From Anaerolineae bacterium (lineage in GTDB: Bacteria; Chloroflexota; Anaerolineae; UBA1429), in assembly GCA_963675785.1 (NCBI GenBank), contig OY776562.1, forward strand, positions 2,112,001-2,176,000: a stretch of 64,000 bases of DNA, written 5' to 3'. The position numbers and the translations under genes are program-made. Of the stretch, positions 18,345 through 28,370 are shown piece after piece. Numbering within the stretch: position 1 is the first letter of the stretch; each line of letters starts with the position of its first letter. The notes under the pieces are model-generated. The model had not been told where the DNA came from. It was given only the letters and a program-made list of their open reading frames with translations, and searched no databases.

Positions 18345-20582
18345 ATGAAACCACAGATCATCGGACATATGACGGATAAAAGCCCTAACGGCCAATTCGA
18401 GATAGAACGCGTCGTATACGAAAACGAGGAAAACGGCTGGGCCGTGCTGCGTATGGTACCGCTTGATTCGCCTGCCGCCCTGCCTGTCACCGCCGTTGGA
18501 AACGTACCCAACCCCGTAGCAGGTGCCTGTTACGATATTGAAGGCGAGTGGCAGAAATCCAAGGAGCACGGCTACCAGGTTCAGATCAAGTCAGCCAAGC
18601 CCTTTGTTCCCGCCACAGTTCAAGGTATTGAGCGCTATCTGGCCAGCGGCGCCATTCCCGGCGTCGGTAAACATTATGCCCATTTGCTGGCAGAGAATTA
18701 CGGCAGTGATACTCTGGCCATATTGGATGCTGGCGCACCCAATATGGAAGATATTTCGGGCATCGGCAAAAAACGAGCCGCCCTTATCCGCCAAGCCTGG
18801 CTAGAAAACCGCCACACCCACAGCATAATGGAACGCCTGCAAGGTGAGGCTGGTCTTTCTGCGCGCCAGGCGCAAACCTTGTACAAAGAACTCGGCGATC
18901 AGGCCTGGGAAAAAGTTCGCAGCAATCCCTATCGCCTGCAAGATATTCTGGCTGGTGTGGGTTTTAAGACCTGCGATAAGATTGCCCGCAATATGGGATT
19001 GGGGCTCAACGATCCAGCTCGAATCCGCGCTGGCCTGCTTTACGTGTTAGAAGAAGCCTTGCACAAAGGCGATCTATGGCTCCCCGAAGAGGCCATCAAA
19101 GCCCAAGCTACCGACTTGCTTCAACTTTCTACTGAGGAAATCGAGACTACATTTACCGGCATGGTCGCGCAGGAAGACTTGATCCTGGAAGTGCAAGAAG
19201 GCCAAAGTGCTGTCTATCTAGCGCGCGTCTATTATACCGAAACCCGCATCGCCGATGATCTAGCACAGTTGTTAGCTTCGCCACGGCCTTTACGAGCAAT
19301 GTCTCGCACCAAAGCGGAAGAACTAGTGGACCGTCTGCAAGAGTTTCCTCTCACCGAAGCGCAGCACAATGGTATAGTCGAAATCCTCTGCGGTGCACCT
19401 CTGCACGTCATCACCGGTGGGCCGGGAACCGGCAAAACCACCGTCATGCGCACGCTCATCCGCTGTCTGGAAGACCAAGCCATCGAGTATGCATTGTGTG
19501 CCACCACAGGCAGAGCCAGCAAACAGTTGGAATCAGCCACGCAACGACCCGCTGCCACCGTACACCGCCATCTCAAGCTAGGCACGCCCGGCGAGCCCGA
19601 GCCTCTTTACGAGGATATTCTCATCATCGATGAATCCTCAATGATCGATCTCTGGCTCATGGCCGAGATCAGCCAACGGCTTAGGATTGGGCAGCAGTTG
19701 GTGTTGGTGGGGGATATCGATCAACTCCCCTCCGTGGGACCAGGTACTGTCTTGCAAGACATCATCCAAGCTGGCGCTAGCTGCCCCGGCATCTCTGTGA
19801 CCCGGCTGGACACCATCTTTCGCCAGGAAAAGGGCAGCGAGAGTCTCATCGTCACCAACTGCCACCGCATCCGCCAGGGAGAACTGCCCATCAAAGGCGA
19901 CAGCGAAGCCGACTATTTCGAGATGTCCCGCGATTCAGCAGAGCAGGCCCGTGACCTGGCCATCGAACTGGTTACGCGACGCCTCCCTGCCTATCTGGAT
20001 ATCGACCCCTTGCAGATTCAGTTGCTGGCCCCCATGCACCGCGGCACAGCCGGCATTGCAGCGCTGAATACCGAACTTCAGCAGAAACTCAATCCACCAG
20101 CCCCTAGAAAACCCGAAGTCATCCTCACCCACGGAGGCGAAGGGCCCGCGCGCGTCTTTCGACTGGGTGACAAGGTGCGGCAGACACGCAACAACTATCA
20201 GAAGCAAGTGCTCAACGGAGATATCGGCCTCATCGATTCAGTCAGTACGGCGAATCGACAGATCACGGTGCGCTTTGATAATCAGCTCGTACCCTACGAG
20301 GCAGACGAATTGCTCGAGCTGGTTCACAGTTGGGCTATGACCGTCCATGCTGCCCAGGGATCGCAATGGCCGGCGGTGGTCATTCTGATGATTTCCGAAC
20401 ATTATGTCATGCTGGAGCGCAACATCTTGTACACGGCCCTCTCTCGTGCCGAACGATTAGCCGTACTGGTCAGCGATGCTCGGGCTGTAGGCATAGCCGT
20501 CAAGCGTCAGCACGCCCTCGATCGTCACAGTGGCCTGGCTCAGAGAATTGTGCAGGCTACTGCGCAAGCAGCCGCTTACTGA
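18345..20582 (+). CDS. recD2: RecD2-like SF1B DNA helicase
   Basis: N-terminal YENEENGWAV and HhH repeats, GGPGTGKTT, IIDESSM, GDIDQLPSVGPG, IFRQ and NGDIG motifs. Confidence 0.9.
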   Translation: MKPQIIGHMTDKSPNGQFEIERVVYENEENGWAVLRMVPLDSPAALPVTAVGNVPNPVAGACYDIEGEWQKSKEHGYQVQIKSAKPFVPATVQGIERYLASGAIPGVGKHYAHLLAENYGSDTLAILDAGAPNMEDISGIGKKRAALIRQAWLENRHTHSIMERLQGEAGLSARQAQTLYKELGDQAWEKVRSNPYRLQDILAGVGFKTCDKIARNMGLGLNDPARIRAGLLYVLEEALHKGDLWLPEEAIKAQATDLLQLSTEEIETTFTGMVAQEDLILEVQEGQSAVYLARVYYTETRIADDLAQLLASPRPLRAMSRTKAEELVDRLQEFPLTEAQHNGIVEILCGAPLHVITGGPGTGKTTVMRTLIRCLEDQAIEYALCATTGRASKQLESATQRPAATVHRHLKLGTPGEPEPLYEDILIIDESSMIDLWLMAEISQRLRIGQQLVLVGDIDQLPSVGPGTVLQDIIQAGASCPGISVTRLDTIFRQEKGSESLIVTNCHRIRQGELPIKGDSEADYFEMSRDSAEQARDLAIELVTRRLPAYLDIDPLQIQLLAPMHRGTAGIAALNTELQQKLNPPAPRKPEVILTHGGEGPARVFRLGDKVRQTRNNYQKQVLNGDIGLIDSVSTANRQITVRFDNQLVPYEADELLELVHSWAMTVHAAQGSQWPAVVILMISEHYVMLERNILYTALSRAERLAVLVSDARAVGIAVKRQHALDRHSGLAQRIVQATAQAAAY

Positions 20583-21900
20583 TTGCGTTATGCTGGGCGA
20601 TGAGCGCATCGAGATCCACATCCACCAGGCGGCCATTCTCAATCACGATACGGCCATTGATCACACTGAGCGACACGTTCACTGGCGTGCAGAACAGAAG
20701 CGCCGCCACGGGATCGGCCTGAGCGCCAGCGAACTCAACCGTACGCGTGTCTATGGCAATGACATCTGCGGCCATACCGGGCGCCAGCACACCAATATCG
20801 TTGCGCCCCAACACTTGCGCGCCACCAACAGTCGCCATGCGTAGCGCCTCACGCGCCGAGAGTCCCTGTGGCCCCAGATTGACGCGCTGCAACAGCATAG
20901 CCAGGCGAACCTCGCCCAGCAGATGCCCTGAATCGTTACTGGCGCTGCCATCCACTGCCATACCCACACGCACACCAGCATCAAGATAGCGACGAATAGG
21001 GGCAATGCCCGAGCCTAGGCGCATGTTTGACCCCGGACAATGAGCCACGCCCGTGCCCGTTTCGGCCATCAGCGTAATCTCGCGCTGATTGGGCCAAACA
21101 GCGTGAGCCCACCATACATCTGGGCCCACCCAGCCCAACGATTCCATATAAGCCACAGGGCGCAGGCCAGTTCGCTCCAAACAATAGTCATCCTCATCGC
21201 GTGTTTCGGCCACATGTGTATGCATAAACACACCATAACTGCGGGCCAACGCGGCCGAATCCCGCATGAGCGCCTCGGTCACATTAAAGGGTGCGCAAGG
21301 TCCCACCGCCACGCGGCACATGCTATAGCGAGAAGCATCATGATAGCTCTCAATGACACGGCGGCTGTCGCGCAGCACATCTTCATCGCGTTCCACCACG
21401 GCATCGGGAGGCAGGCCACCGTCGGATTCGCCCAAAGTCATGCTCCCACGTGAGGGGTGAAACCGCACCCCCATCTCAGCAGCAGCACGAATCTGGTCAT
21501 CGAGGCGAGCATCATTGGGGAATAGATAGGTGTGGTCGGCACAGGTAGTACAGCCAGAGAGCATTAGTTCGGCCAAGGCCAATTTGGCACTGGTATACAG
21601 TGCCGCTGCATCAATGGCTGGCCACACGCGATAGTGTGTACGAAGCCAATCAAAGAGACTGCCATCCTGAGCGCCCGGAGTCGCCCGCGTAAGCGATTGG
21701 AACAAATGATGGTGGGTGTTCACCAATCCGGGCAATACCACGTGCCCGCGCATATCCAGCACGCAGTCAGCTGTATTGGGCGTATCGCCTACCTGTTCAA
21801 TAATGTTATCACGAATGAACAAGCTGCCATTGCGAATCTCGCGTCCTTGCTCGTCCATACAAGCCAGCACATCGGCGTTTTTTATCAAGAGCGTACCCAT
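20557..21900 (-). CDS. Amidohydrolase, 8-oxoguanine deaminase-like
   Basis: PGLVNTHHHLFQ, RGSMTLGESDGGLPPD, HTHVAET and VDGSASND motifs; GGAGG RBS before ATG 21900. Confidence 0.85.
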   Translation of the reverse strand: MGTLLIKNADVLACMDEQGREIRNGSLFIRDNIIEQVGDTPNTADCVLDMRGHVVLPGLVNTHHHLFQSLTRATPGAQDGSLFDWLRTHYRVWPAIDAAALYTSAKLALAELMLSGCTTCADHTYLFPNDARLDDQIRAAAEMGVRFHPSRGSMTLGESDGGLPPDAVVERDEDVLRDSRRVIESYHDASRYSMCRVAVGPCAPFNVTEALMRDSAALARSYGVFMHTHVAETRDEDDYCLERTGLRPVAYMESLGWVGPDVWWAHAVWPNQREITLMAETGTGVAHCPGSNMRLGSGIAPIRRYLDAGVRVGMAVDGSASNDSGHLLGEVRLAMLLQRVNLGPQGLSAREALRMATVGGAQVLGRNDIGVLAPGMAADVIAIDTRTVEFAGAQADPVAALLFCTPVNVSLSVINGRIVIENGRLVDVDLDALIAQHNAISKRLLAQ

Positions 21901-22237
21901 ATCGACCTCCAACTCAAGTATCGACTTTAGCAATATCCCAAGGCAAAAAACACATCCTCAACTCTTTTGCCATGGGTGTATATCATCATAACGTCAAATC
22001 TGCCATTCTTGGCGGATTGAATGAACGACCATAGAATAGCAAATCCTAGCGTCAAATTCGGGGTTGTCCCAAAACTCGTTTGCGGCAGGATCGTGAAAAG
22101 CAATGCCCTATTTATTGGTTCATTGCAGCGTTTGCTGATGCATAAAACCGAATTCGGACGATAGCCCAGAAGACGCAAAATTTATGCATCAGTTTAGAAA
22201 CTATAAGTATTCTGAAAGGGTTTTCAGGCTTGATGTA

Positions 22238-22266
22238 TTGGCTAGGTGAATTTGCTGAAGTATAAT
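22238..22266 (+). promoter_or_regulatory. Sigma70-type promoter of scpA
   Basis: TTGGCT-17-TATAAT. Confidence 0.65.
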
Positions 22267-22295
22267 TGCGTAATACGCTGACAGGGGGAAAAGAG

Positions 22296-23117
22296 ATTAG
22301 CAGCTTTCAGGTCTCTCTCCAGGTCTTTGAGGGTCCCTTGGACCTTTTATTGCACCTAATCGAAAAGCGCGAGTTGGACATCACAGAGATTTCTCTGGCA
22401 CTGGTGGCCGACCGTTTTCTTGCGTATGTCGCGGCCATGCACACCGTTAATGCGGGTGAGCTGGCCGATTTTTGCGCAGTTGCTGCACGCCTTTTACTGA
22501 TCAAATCGCGCTACCTCTTGCCGCGGCCACGAGATGAAGAGAGCAGCGAAGAGGAAGAAGATCCGGCAGAAGAACTAGCCCGGCAGCTTTGCGAATACAA
22601 ACGCTACAAGCAAGTCGCCGAACTGCTCAAAGAAATCGAAGAAGCCGGCGTGCGTTGTTACCCGCGCGTTGCTCCGCCTCCCCATTTTGAACGGCCGCTC
22701 AAACCCGGTGATAACACCCTGGATGAGCTGTTCAGCGCCTTTCGGCGTGCTCTCAAGGAACACCCCCAGCCCGGCAACGCCAACCACGTTGTAGCCCCAA
22801 TCCAAGTATCCATGGCAGAATGCATCACGCGCATTGAGAGCATTGCTACCACAAACAGCCGCATCTATTTCTCAAGCTTGATAGGGCAAGCACAATCGCG
22901 GCTAGAGATCATTGTGCTCTTTTTAGCTGTTCTCGAATTGATCAAGCAGCAACACCTCACTGCCAAACAGGAGACTTCTTTTGGCGAGGTGTATCTGGAA
23001 AAAAGAGAACCTGAAGATGGTTTTGATAATGACCCCATCGACTTGAGCGAATATGGCGAAGGCCTCAGTGAATACGACGAGGAACTGAGCGAGTACGTAG
23101 AAGATCAGGTCGAATAG
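22296..23117 (+). CDS. scpA: Segregation and condensation protein A (kleisin)
   Basis: FEGPLDLLLHLI, LLIKSRYLLP and FLAVLELIK motifs. Start is uncertain: ATT 22296 after AGGGGG, or TTG 22266 overlapping the -10 box. Confidence 0.93.
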   Translation: MSSFQVSLQVFEGPLDLLLHLIEKRELDITEISLALVADRFLAYVAAMHTVNAGELADFCAVAARLLLIKSRYLLPRPRDEESSEEEEDPAEELARQLCEYKRYKQVAELLKEIEEAGVRCYPRVAPPPHFERPLKPGDNTLDELFSAFRRALKEHPQPGNANHVVAPIQVSMAECITRIESIATTNSRIYFSSLIGQAQSRLEIIVLFLAVLELIKQQHLTAKQETSFGEVYLEKREPEDGFDNDPIDLSEYGEGLSEYDEELSEYVEDQVE

Positions 23118-24277
23118 GCTTCAAGCGTTCGTTCAGCCAGGATACTCCAGTTGTAACGCTCCTCCATACGCTGCGCTGCAGCGGCACCAAGGCGATCAGC
23201 CAGTTCTCGATCATCCAGGATTTGCAGCGTAGCCGCAAGCATAGCCGCCTCGTCCCCTGCTTCTACCAACAAACCCGTCTCTCCGTGCTGGATATATTCT
23301 TTGTTCTGTCCCACTGCATCTGCCACAGTAGGTACGCCCGCAGCAAGCAAATCGAGCAGCTTGACCGAGCACTTGGTACGGTTGATCAGCGTGTCATCAA
23401 AGGGAAACCAGGCCACGTCCGCGGCAGCAAGCAAATCGGGCAATACACTCTCTTCAACCCAGCCTGTACGAACAACATGATCCTGCAAACCTGCCTCTAT
23501 CACCCGGGTGTCCAATTGTACATCGGCCTCTGTAAAGAGCGCCTTGCCCACCACCAGCAGACACGCATCCGGGCGTAGCTCGACAAGGCGAGCCAGCATA
23601 TGCACCACCCGCGCCGGATCGAATTCGAACAGCCGAGTATACAAGAGCACCAGAGGGCCATCGCCCAGCGCAAAAAGTTCTCGTCCGCGTAAGCGATCGC
23701 CCCGTTCCCGTGGAATTGCGCCATTGGGCACATAGTGTACAGCAGGCGCTTCTACCCCCAGCGCCCATACCAACGTTTGTAGGGCACGGCTGGCAACCGT
23801 TACAGCGTTGCAGTGGCGTAGCCCCCAGTTTTCTTGCCAAGCGAAAAATCGTTTGAGGAGTGCCGAATAATTGCTAACTTCGTTCCAGCCCCCCGCACCC
23901 TCCCAGTCATCCTCGTCTACCACCAAGCGCGGGCGATGGATTAACTGGTGCCTGAAATAGCAACCTGCAAGCCCTGAATAAGCTTTGGGCTTGAAAATAT
24001 GCACAACGTCCGGCTGCCAGGCACAGGCAGCACGAATCAATCGATATGTTATGAACAGTTCGCGCAATACAGGTACCGCTGGCTTGATCGAAACATATTC
24101 CAACGTAACGCCCGCATCGCTCCAGCACCCCGCACCGCTGGTAGGATCTTTCCATGGCGGCATAACGATCAGCACCTCGTGCCCCTTGGCAGCTAACTCG
24201 CGGGCCAAGGGCAGAGCTCTTACTTGAATTGTTCCCCGATATTTGAGCCCAAAGGGGCCAATCATGGCAATGCGCAT
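23105..24277 (-). CDS. GT4 family glycosyltransferase
   Basis: MRIAMIGPF start, GHEVLIV, PDVVH, VPNG, KLLDLLAAGVP and GETGLLV motifs. Confidence 0.88.
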   Translation of the reverse strand: MRIAMIGPFGLKYRGTIQVRALPLARELAAKGHEVLIVMPPWKDPTSGAGCWSDAGVTLEYVSIKPAVPVLRELFITYRLIRAACAWQPDVVHIFKPKAYSGLAGCYFRHQLIHRPRLVVDEDDWEGAGGWNEVSNYSALLKRFFAWQENWGLRHCNAVTVASRALQTLVWALGVEAPAVHYVPNGAIPRERGDRLRGRELFALGDGPLVLLYTRLFEFDPARVVHMLARLVELRPDACLLVVGKALFTEADVQLDTRVIEAGLQDHVVRTGWVEESVLPDLLAAADVAWFPFDDTLINRTKCSVKLLDLLAAGVPTVADAVGQNKEYIQHGETGLLVEAGDEAAMLAATLQILDDRELADRLGAAAAQRMEERYNWSILAERTLEAYST

Positions 24278-24369
24278 GTGTGTGATCCACCTTTTTTGTA
24301 AAGAGAGCGTAGCGGCCAGGTGCGAGACTGTCAAACACCAAATGCGAATGGTAAAAGAGCAGTTGCAGG

Positions 24370-24398
24370 TTGAACCGCGTGTTAACTATTGGTATAAT
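24370..24398 (+). promoter_or_regulatory. Sigma70-type promoter of the two-component pair
   Basis: TTGAAC-17-TATAAT with a TG extension. Confidence 0.75.
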
Positions 24399-24439
24399 GC
24401 TACCACGTAGATCGAGAATCTTATCAAGGGGGGGCTACT

Positions 24440-25585
24440 TTGCAAGAGATACCGACTGGCATATCTCAAAACATGGCAGGGCAGCCACATTCTACCGCCT
24501 TCACAGGGCATGAACAGAATCTGTCTCAGCAAGAAAGTATTGCTCTCCACCTCTTACAAAGCCTGCCACAGGGCGTCGCTGCTGTAAACCGCGAATCCGA
24601 GCTGCTGTGCATCAACAAGACGCTCCTAGATCTTGTTGGGTTGCACGACTTGGAAATATCTCTGCCCATCAAGATCAATTGTTATGACTTGCCCGAACCA
24701 CTACGTATTTTGCTCAGCCCTTGTGCGCAGAACATTATCGGCCCTTACGAAATGAAAACCTCAGAACTAGAATGGCCAACTCCAGAACGTATCCTGCGGG
24801 TCGAACCACTCGAAATGTACGCCGACTCGGTATGTGTCATGGTTCTTGTAACTGACGTAACACCGGAAAGAATCGCCGAAAGCGCCCGTGCAGAGTTCAT
24901 GTCACAAATTGCCCACGAACTACGCACGCCGTTGCAGCACATCATGGGTTTTGCCGGTATTATGAATGATATAGAGGACTTGGAACCCGGCGACTATCAG
25001 CACTTTTCGGCTCAGATCAACAGCGAAACCAAGATTATGGCGCGTCTGATTAGTGACCTCGCAGAACTTTCACTCATTACCGGCGGTCGCTTTATAATTG
25101 AACGTGAGCCAATTGACCTGGCGTCTCTGGTTCGGGAAATGACCTCTCGAACTCAACCGAGCGCGCGCGATCACGATCTTGAATTGGATTGTGTCGTTCC
25201 TCCAAGGGCTGTGCCCATTTATGGTGATGCGGTTCGCCTGAGCCAGGTGCTGGCGAACCTTTTGGAGAACGCGATCAAGTACGTGCCTGCTGGCGGGCAG
25301 GTTCATGTTACTCTTCAAATCATTGAAGGTCACGCCGTTGTATCAGTAGCAGATACGGGCAAAGGCATTCCCGCTGATGCAGTAGAGCACGTTTTCGATC
25401 AGTTCTTCCAAGTTCCCCAGTCCGGAGGAAATCGTTCTCATCGGGGAATGGGTCTTGGACTCTATATCAGCCGTGAGATCATCCATGCGCACGACGGCCG
25501 CATTTGGGTAGAAAGCGAACAAGGCAAAGGAAGCACCTTTGCCTTTAGCCTGTCACTTATGCCAGAGAGTGAGGCAAAATCATGA
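24440..25585 (+). CDS. Soluble PAS-like sensor histidine kinase
   Basis: AHELRTPL H-box, NLLENAIKY, DTGKGI and GMGLGL motifs; no clear transmembrane segment. Confidence 0.93.
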   Translation: MQEIPTGISQNMAGQPHSTAFTGHEQNLSQQESIALHLLQSLPQGVAAVNRESELLCINKTLLDLVGLHDLEISLPIKINCYDLPEPLRILLSPCAQNIIGPYEMKTSELEWPTPERILRVEPLEMYADSVCVMVLVTDVTPERIAESARAEFMSQIAHELRTPLQHIMGFAGIMNDIEDLEPGDYQHFSAQINSETKIMARLISDLAELSLITGGRFIIEREPIDLASLVREMTSRTQPSARDHDLELDCVVPPRAVPIYGDAVRLSQVLANLLENAIKYVPAGGQVHVTLQIIEGHAVVSVADTGKGIPADAVEHVFDQFFQVPQSGGNRSHRGMGLGLYISREIIHAHDGRIWVESEQGKGSTFAFSLSLMPESEAKS

Positions 25586-26724
25586 GCCATCGCGTCCTTA
25601 TTATCGATGACGACCCAACGCTAGTCGAGATGTTGATCTTTGTACTCTCTCGAGGTGGTTATGAAACCAGGGCAGCTACCAATGGCGCCGATGCCTTGGA
25701 AATCCTAAAATCGACACACATTGATGCGATTGTACTTGATGTGATGCTGCCCGATGTGGATGGATATCAAATCTGCCGCAACATCCGTGCCCTACCCGGC
25801 ATTGCTGATATCCCCATTCTGATGCTCAGCGCACGCTCTCAGGTAGAATATCGCCTCACGGGTTTTGAAAGCGGCGCAGATGACTATGTGCCCAAACCAG
25901 CGGATCCCAAAGAAGTGCTGGCACGCATCCATGCACTCATTGCTCGAGCTGAACGAGCACAAGTCGCTCCGTCACCAGTGATTGGCTTGGTCGGCGTTAA
26001 GGGAGGCGTAGGCACCACCACCCTTTTGATCAACACGGCGCTTGCCCTGGTAGAGGATAAAAAGCGCGTGTGTTTGATGGAGTTGTCGGACCACGGCTAT
26101 GATGGGGCCTGGCGTCTTGGCATGGGCACTGGCCAACCGCTCATAGAGCTAAACATCCCTGCCAGTGGAAGAGTAACACCTGCTGCCATTCAGTCTTGCA
26201 TCATCAAACACAACAGCGGCATTCATTATATGCCCTTGTGCACACAGCAACCAGACAAGCGCAGTTTTGCTGAAGGTGTTCTCACCAAAACCATAGAGAC
26301 GCTGCAAACATCCTATGACATCATCCTCTTGGATGTCCCGCCAAGTGCCCTGGCTTTATACCCAGAGTTGATTACGACCGTTGGTGCCTTTATTCCCGTT
26401 GCCGAGAGAGATGACCTCTGCATTTGGCACTTGAGTGCCTTTGTCAGATGGCTGCAAGACCAACATGCGAACGTCCCAGGATCCGTCCTTGTGGATCGTA
26501 CTATCGAACCTTCGCGCGACTCGGCTTCTTCAACCGCCAGCAAGATCGGTCTGGCCGTGTTGGCACTCATCCCGCCCATGCCGCTGGCCATGTTCCACGC
26601 AGACAACCTGCAAACGCCGCTATACATGAGCGACTCAACCAACCTGGCTTCAGAAGCCTATGCTGAATTCGCAACCCGATTGATTACAGATCCCATTGAA
26701 GGCCCTGCTGATATGCGTCCCTAA
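25582..26724 (+). CDS. Response regulator receiver fused to a CpaE/MinD-like P-loop domain
   Basis: IIDDD, LDVMLP and VPKP receiver motifs, then GVKGGVGTTT and YDIILLDVP; ATGA overlap with the kinase. Confidence 0.85.
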   Translation: MSHRVLIIDDDPTLVEMLIFVLSRGGYETRAATNGADALEILKSTHIDAIVLDVMLPDVDGYQICRNIRALPGIADIPILMLSARSQVEYRLTGFESGADDYVPKPADPKEVLARIHALIARAERAQVAPSPVIGLVGVKGGVGTTTLLINTALALVEDKKRVCLMELSDHGYDGAWRLGMGTGQPLIELNIPASGRVTPAAIQSCIIKHNSGIHYMPLCTQQPDKRSFAEGVLTKTIETLQTSYDIILLDVPPSALALYPELITTVGAFIPVAERDDLCIWHLSAFVRWLQDQHANVPGSVLVDRTIEPSRDSASSTASKIGLAVLALIPPMPLAMFHADNLQTPLYMSDSTNLASEAYAEFATRLITDPIEGPADMRP

Positions 26725-26735
26725 TGCAACATTGC

Positions 26736-26775
26736 AAGAGGCGCGGATCGAGTTTCGATCCGCGCCTCTTTGTTT
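26736..26775. terminator. Terminator hairpin between convergent genes
   Basis: Perfect 16-bp stem AAGAGGCGCGGATCGA-GTT-TCGATCCGCGCCTCTT. Confidence 0.85.
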
Positions 26776-26796
26776 AGACATGCACCTAAAAGTGCA

Positions 26797-28347
26797 CTAT
26801 TGCAGGGGTTCCTCATACTCGATTTCGGCAGAGTCGGTGCCTGTGAGGGTAACATCAGGCGGCACCCAGCGACCGGTAAACTCAGCCAGATCGCGAATAG
26901 CCCGTTGCAGGCCCTCATTAAGTTGCCCGGCCTCAAAACGCCAAGCCCAATTGCCCTCTGGTTCTCCCGGTTTGTTCAAACGAGCCTCGGCACCCAGGCC
27001 AAACAGATCTTGCAACGGTGTGATAGCCATACTGGCAACTGACGTGTACACCAACCGCATCAGAGCCCACACCACACCATTGTTATCGCAGCCACCATAA
27101 ACACGTACCTTGTGCTGGGTAGCAGCATCCAGCTCGGAAAACCATCCGCGGGTTGTATCATTATCATGGGTGGCGGTATAGGCCACACAGTTCACAGGGT
27201 GATTGTGCGGCAGATGCGGGTCGGCCGAATCACCGTAAAAACCAAACTGTAACACACGCATACCTGGCAAGCCCAAGCTATCGCGCAGATCATGGACATC
27301 CTGAGAAATCAGGCCCAAATCCTCAGCGATGATGGGCAAATCACCAAGGTGTGCCTTTATCGCATCAAAGAGAGCCTTGCCCGGCCCTTTGACCCAGCGG
27401 CCATTGAGCGCTGTCTTTTCAGCAGCAGGAACCTGCCAATAGCCAGAAAACCCTCGGAAATGATCTAGTCGAACCTTATCAACGCGACGTAGCGTCTGCT
27501 CCAGCCGCATCAACCACCAGTCATAGCTGCGTTCTGCCATACGGTCCCAACGATAAAGAGGATTGCCCCACAACTGGCCCGTTGCTGCAAAACGATCGGG
27601 GGGCACACCAGCCACCACCGTGGGACGACCCGTCTCATCCAGATAAAAGAGGGATTGATTAGCCCAAACGTCCGAGCTCTCATGGCCCACAAAGATGGGA
27701 ATGTCGCCTATGATGCTAATTCCCCGCTCAGTAGCATAGTCATGCAAGGCCGTCCACTGCCGGTCAAACAGAAATTGCAAAAAACACTCGTAACCGATCT
27801 CATCAGCAAGTTTCTCACGCCAGTTCACCAAAGCAGCGGGATCATGTTGGGCCAGCTCAGTTGGCCACTCTGTCCAGTTTACCCACTGAAAATACCGTTC
27901 CGCAGCCATAAATAGGCAATAATCATCCAGCCAGGCAACTTCTCGTCTGATAAAAGCCTGCAGAGCGCCCTGCAGTGGATGGGCGGAATCCTTTGAAAAG
28001 GCCTGCCAGGCCTGGCGAAATAGCGCCGTTTTGGCTGGAATGACTGCGCTGTAATCTACCTGGCCAGAAGAAAAGTGTGGATAGGCCTCAAGATCGCCTT
28101 CCGTCAGCAAACCTTCTTCTAGCAAAAGCTGCGGGCTGATCAGGAGCCAGTTCCCAGCAAAAGCCGAAAAAGGTTGATAGGGAGAATTGCCATAGCCAGT
28201 AGGGCCCAAAGGGAGTATTTGCCACAATGTTTGCCCGGCATCAACAAGCCAATCGACAAACTCGAAAGCCTGCTGGCCGAGATCGCCAATACCGAATGGA
28301 CCGGGCAAACTGGTAGGGTGTAAGAGTATGCCGCACTGCCGATTCAT
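26797..28347 (-). CDS. malQ: 4-alpha-glucanotransferase (GH77 amylomaltase)
   Basis: GILLHPTSLP, GQLWGNPLY, RLDHFRGF, AEDLG and THDNDT motifs. Confidence 0.95.
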   Translation of the reverse strand: MNRQCGILLHPTSLPGPFGIGDLGQQAFEFVDWLVDAGQTLWQILPLGPTGYGNSPYQPFSAFAGNWLLISPQLLLEEGLLTEGDLEAYPHFSSGQVDYSAVIPAKTALFRQAWQAFSKDSAHPLQGALQAFIRREVAWLDDYCLFMAAERYFQWVNWTEWPTELAQHDPAALVNWREKLADEIGYECFLQFLFDRQWTALHDYATERGISIIGDIPIFVGHESSDVWANQSLFYLDETGRPTVVAGVPPDRFAATGQLWGNPLYRWDRMAERSYDWWLMRLEQTLRRVDKVRLDHFRGFSGYWQVPAAEKTALNGRWVKGPGKALFDAIKAHLGDLPIIAEDLGLISQDVHDLRDSLGLPGMRVLQFGFYGDSADPHLPHNHPVNCVAYTATHDNDTTRGWFSELDAATQHKVRVYGGCDNNGVVWALMRLVYTSVASMAITPLQDLFGLGAEARLNKPGEPEGNWAWRFEAGQLNEGLQRAIRDLAEFTGRWVPPDVTLTGTDSAEIEYEEPLQ

Positions 28348-28370
28348 AAAACCCTCCCGAGTAAAACTGT

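Noticed and set aside
21901-22130. Purine riboswitch upstream of the deaminase
   Set aside because: The core motifs (UAUAAU..AUAUGG..GUUUCUAC) were not found on the minus strand.
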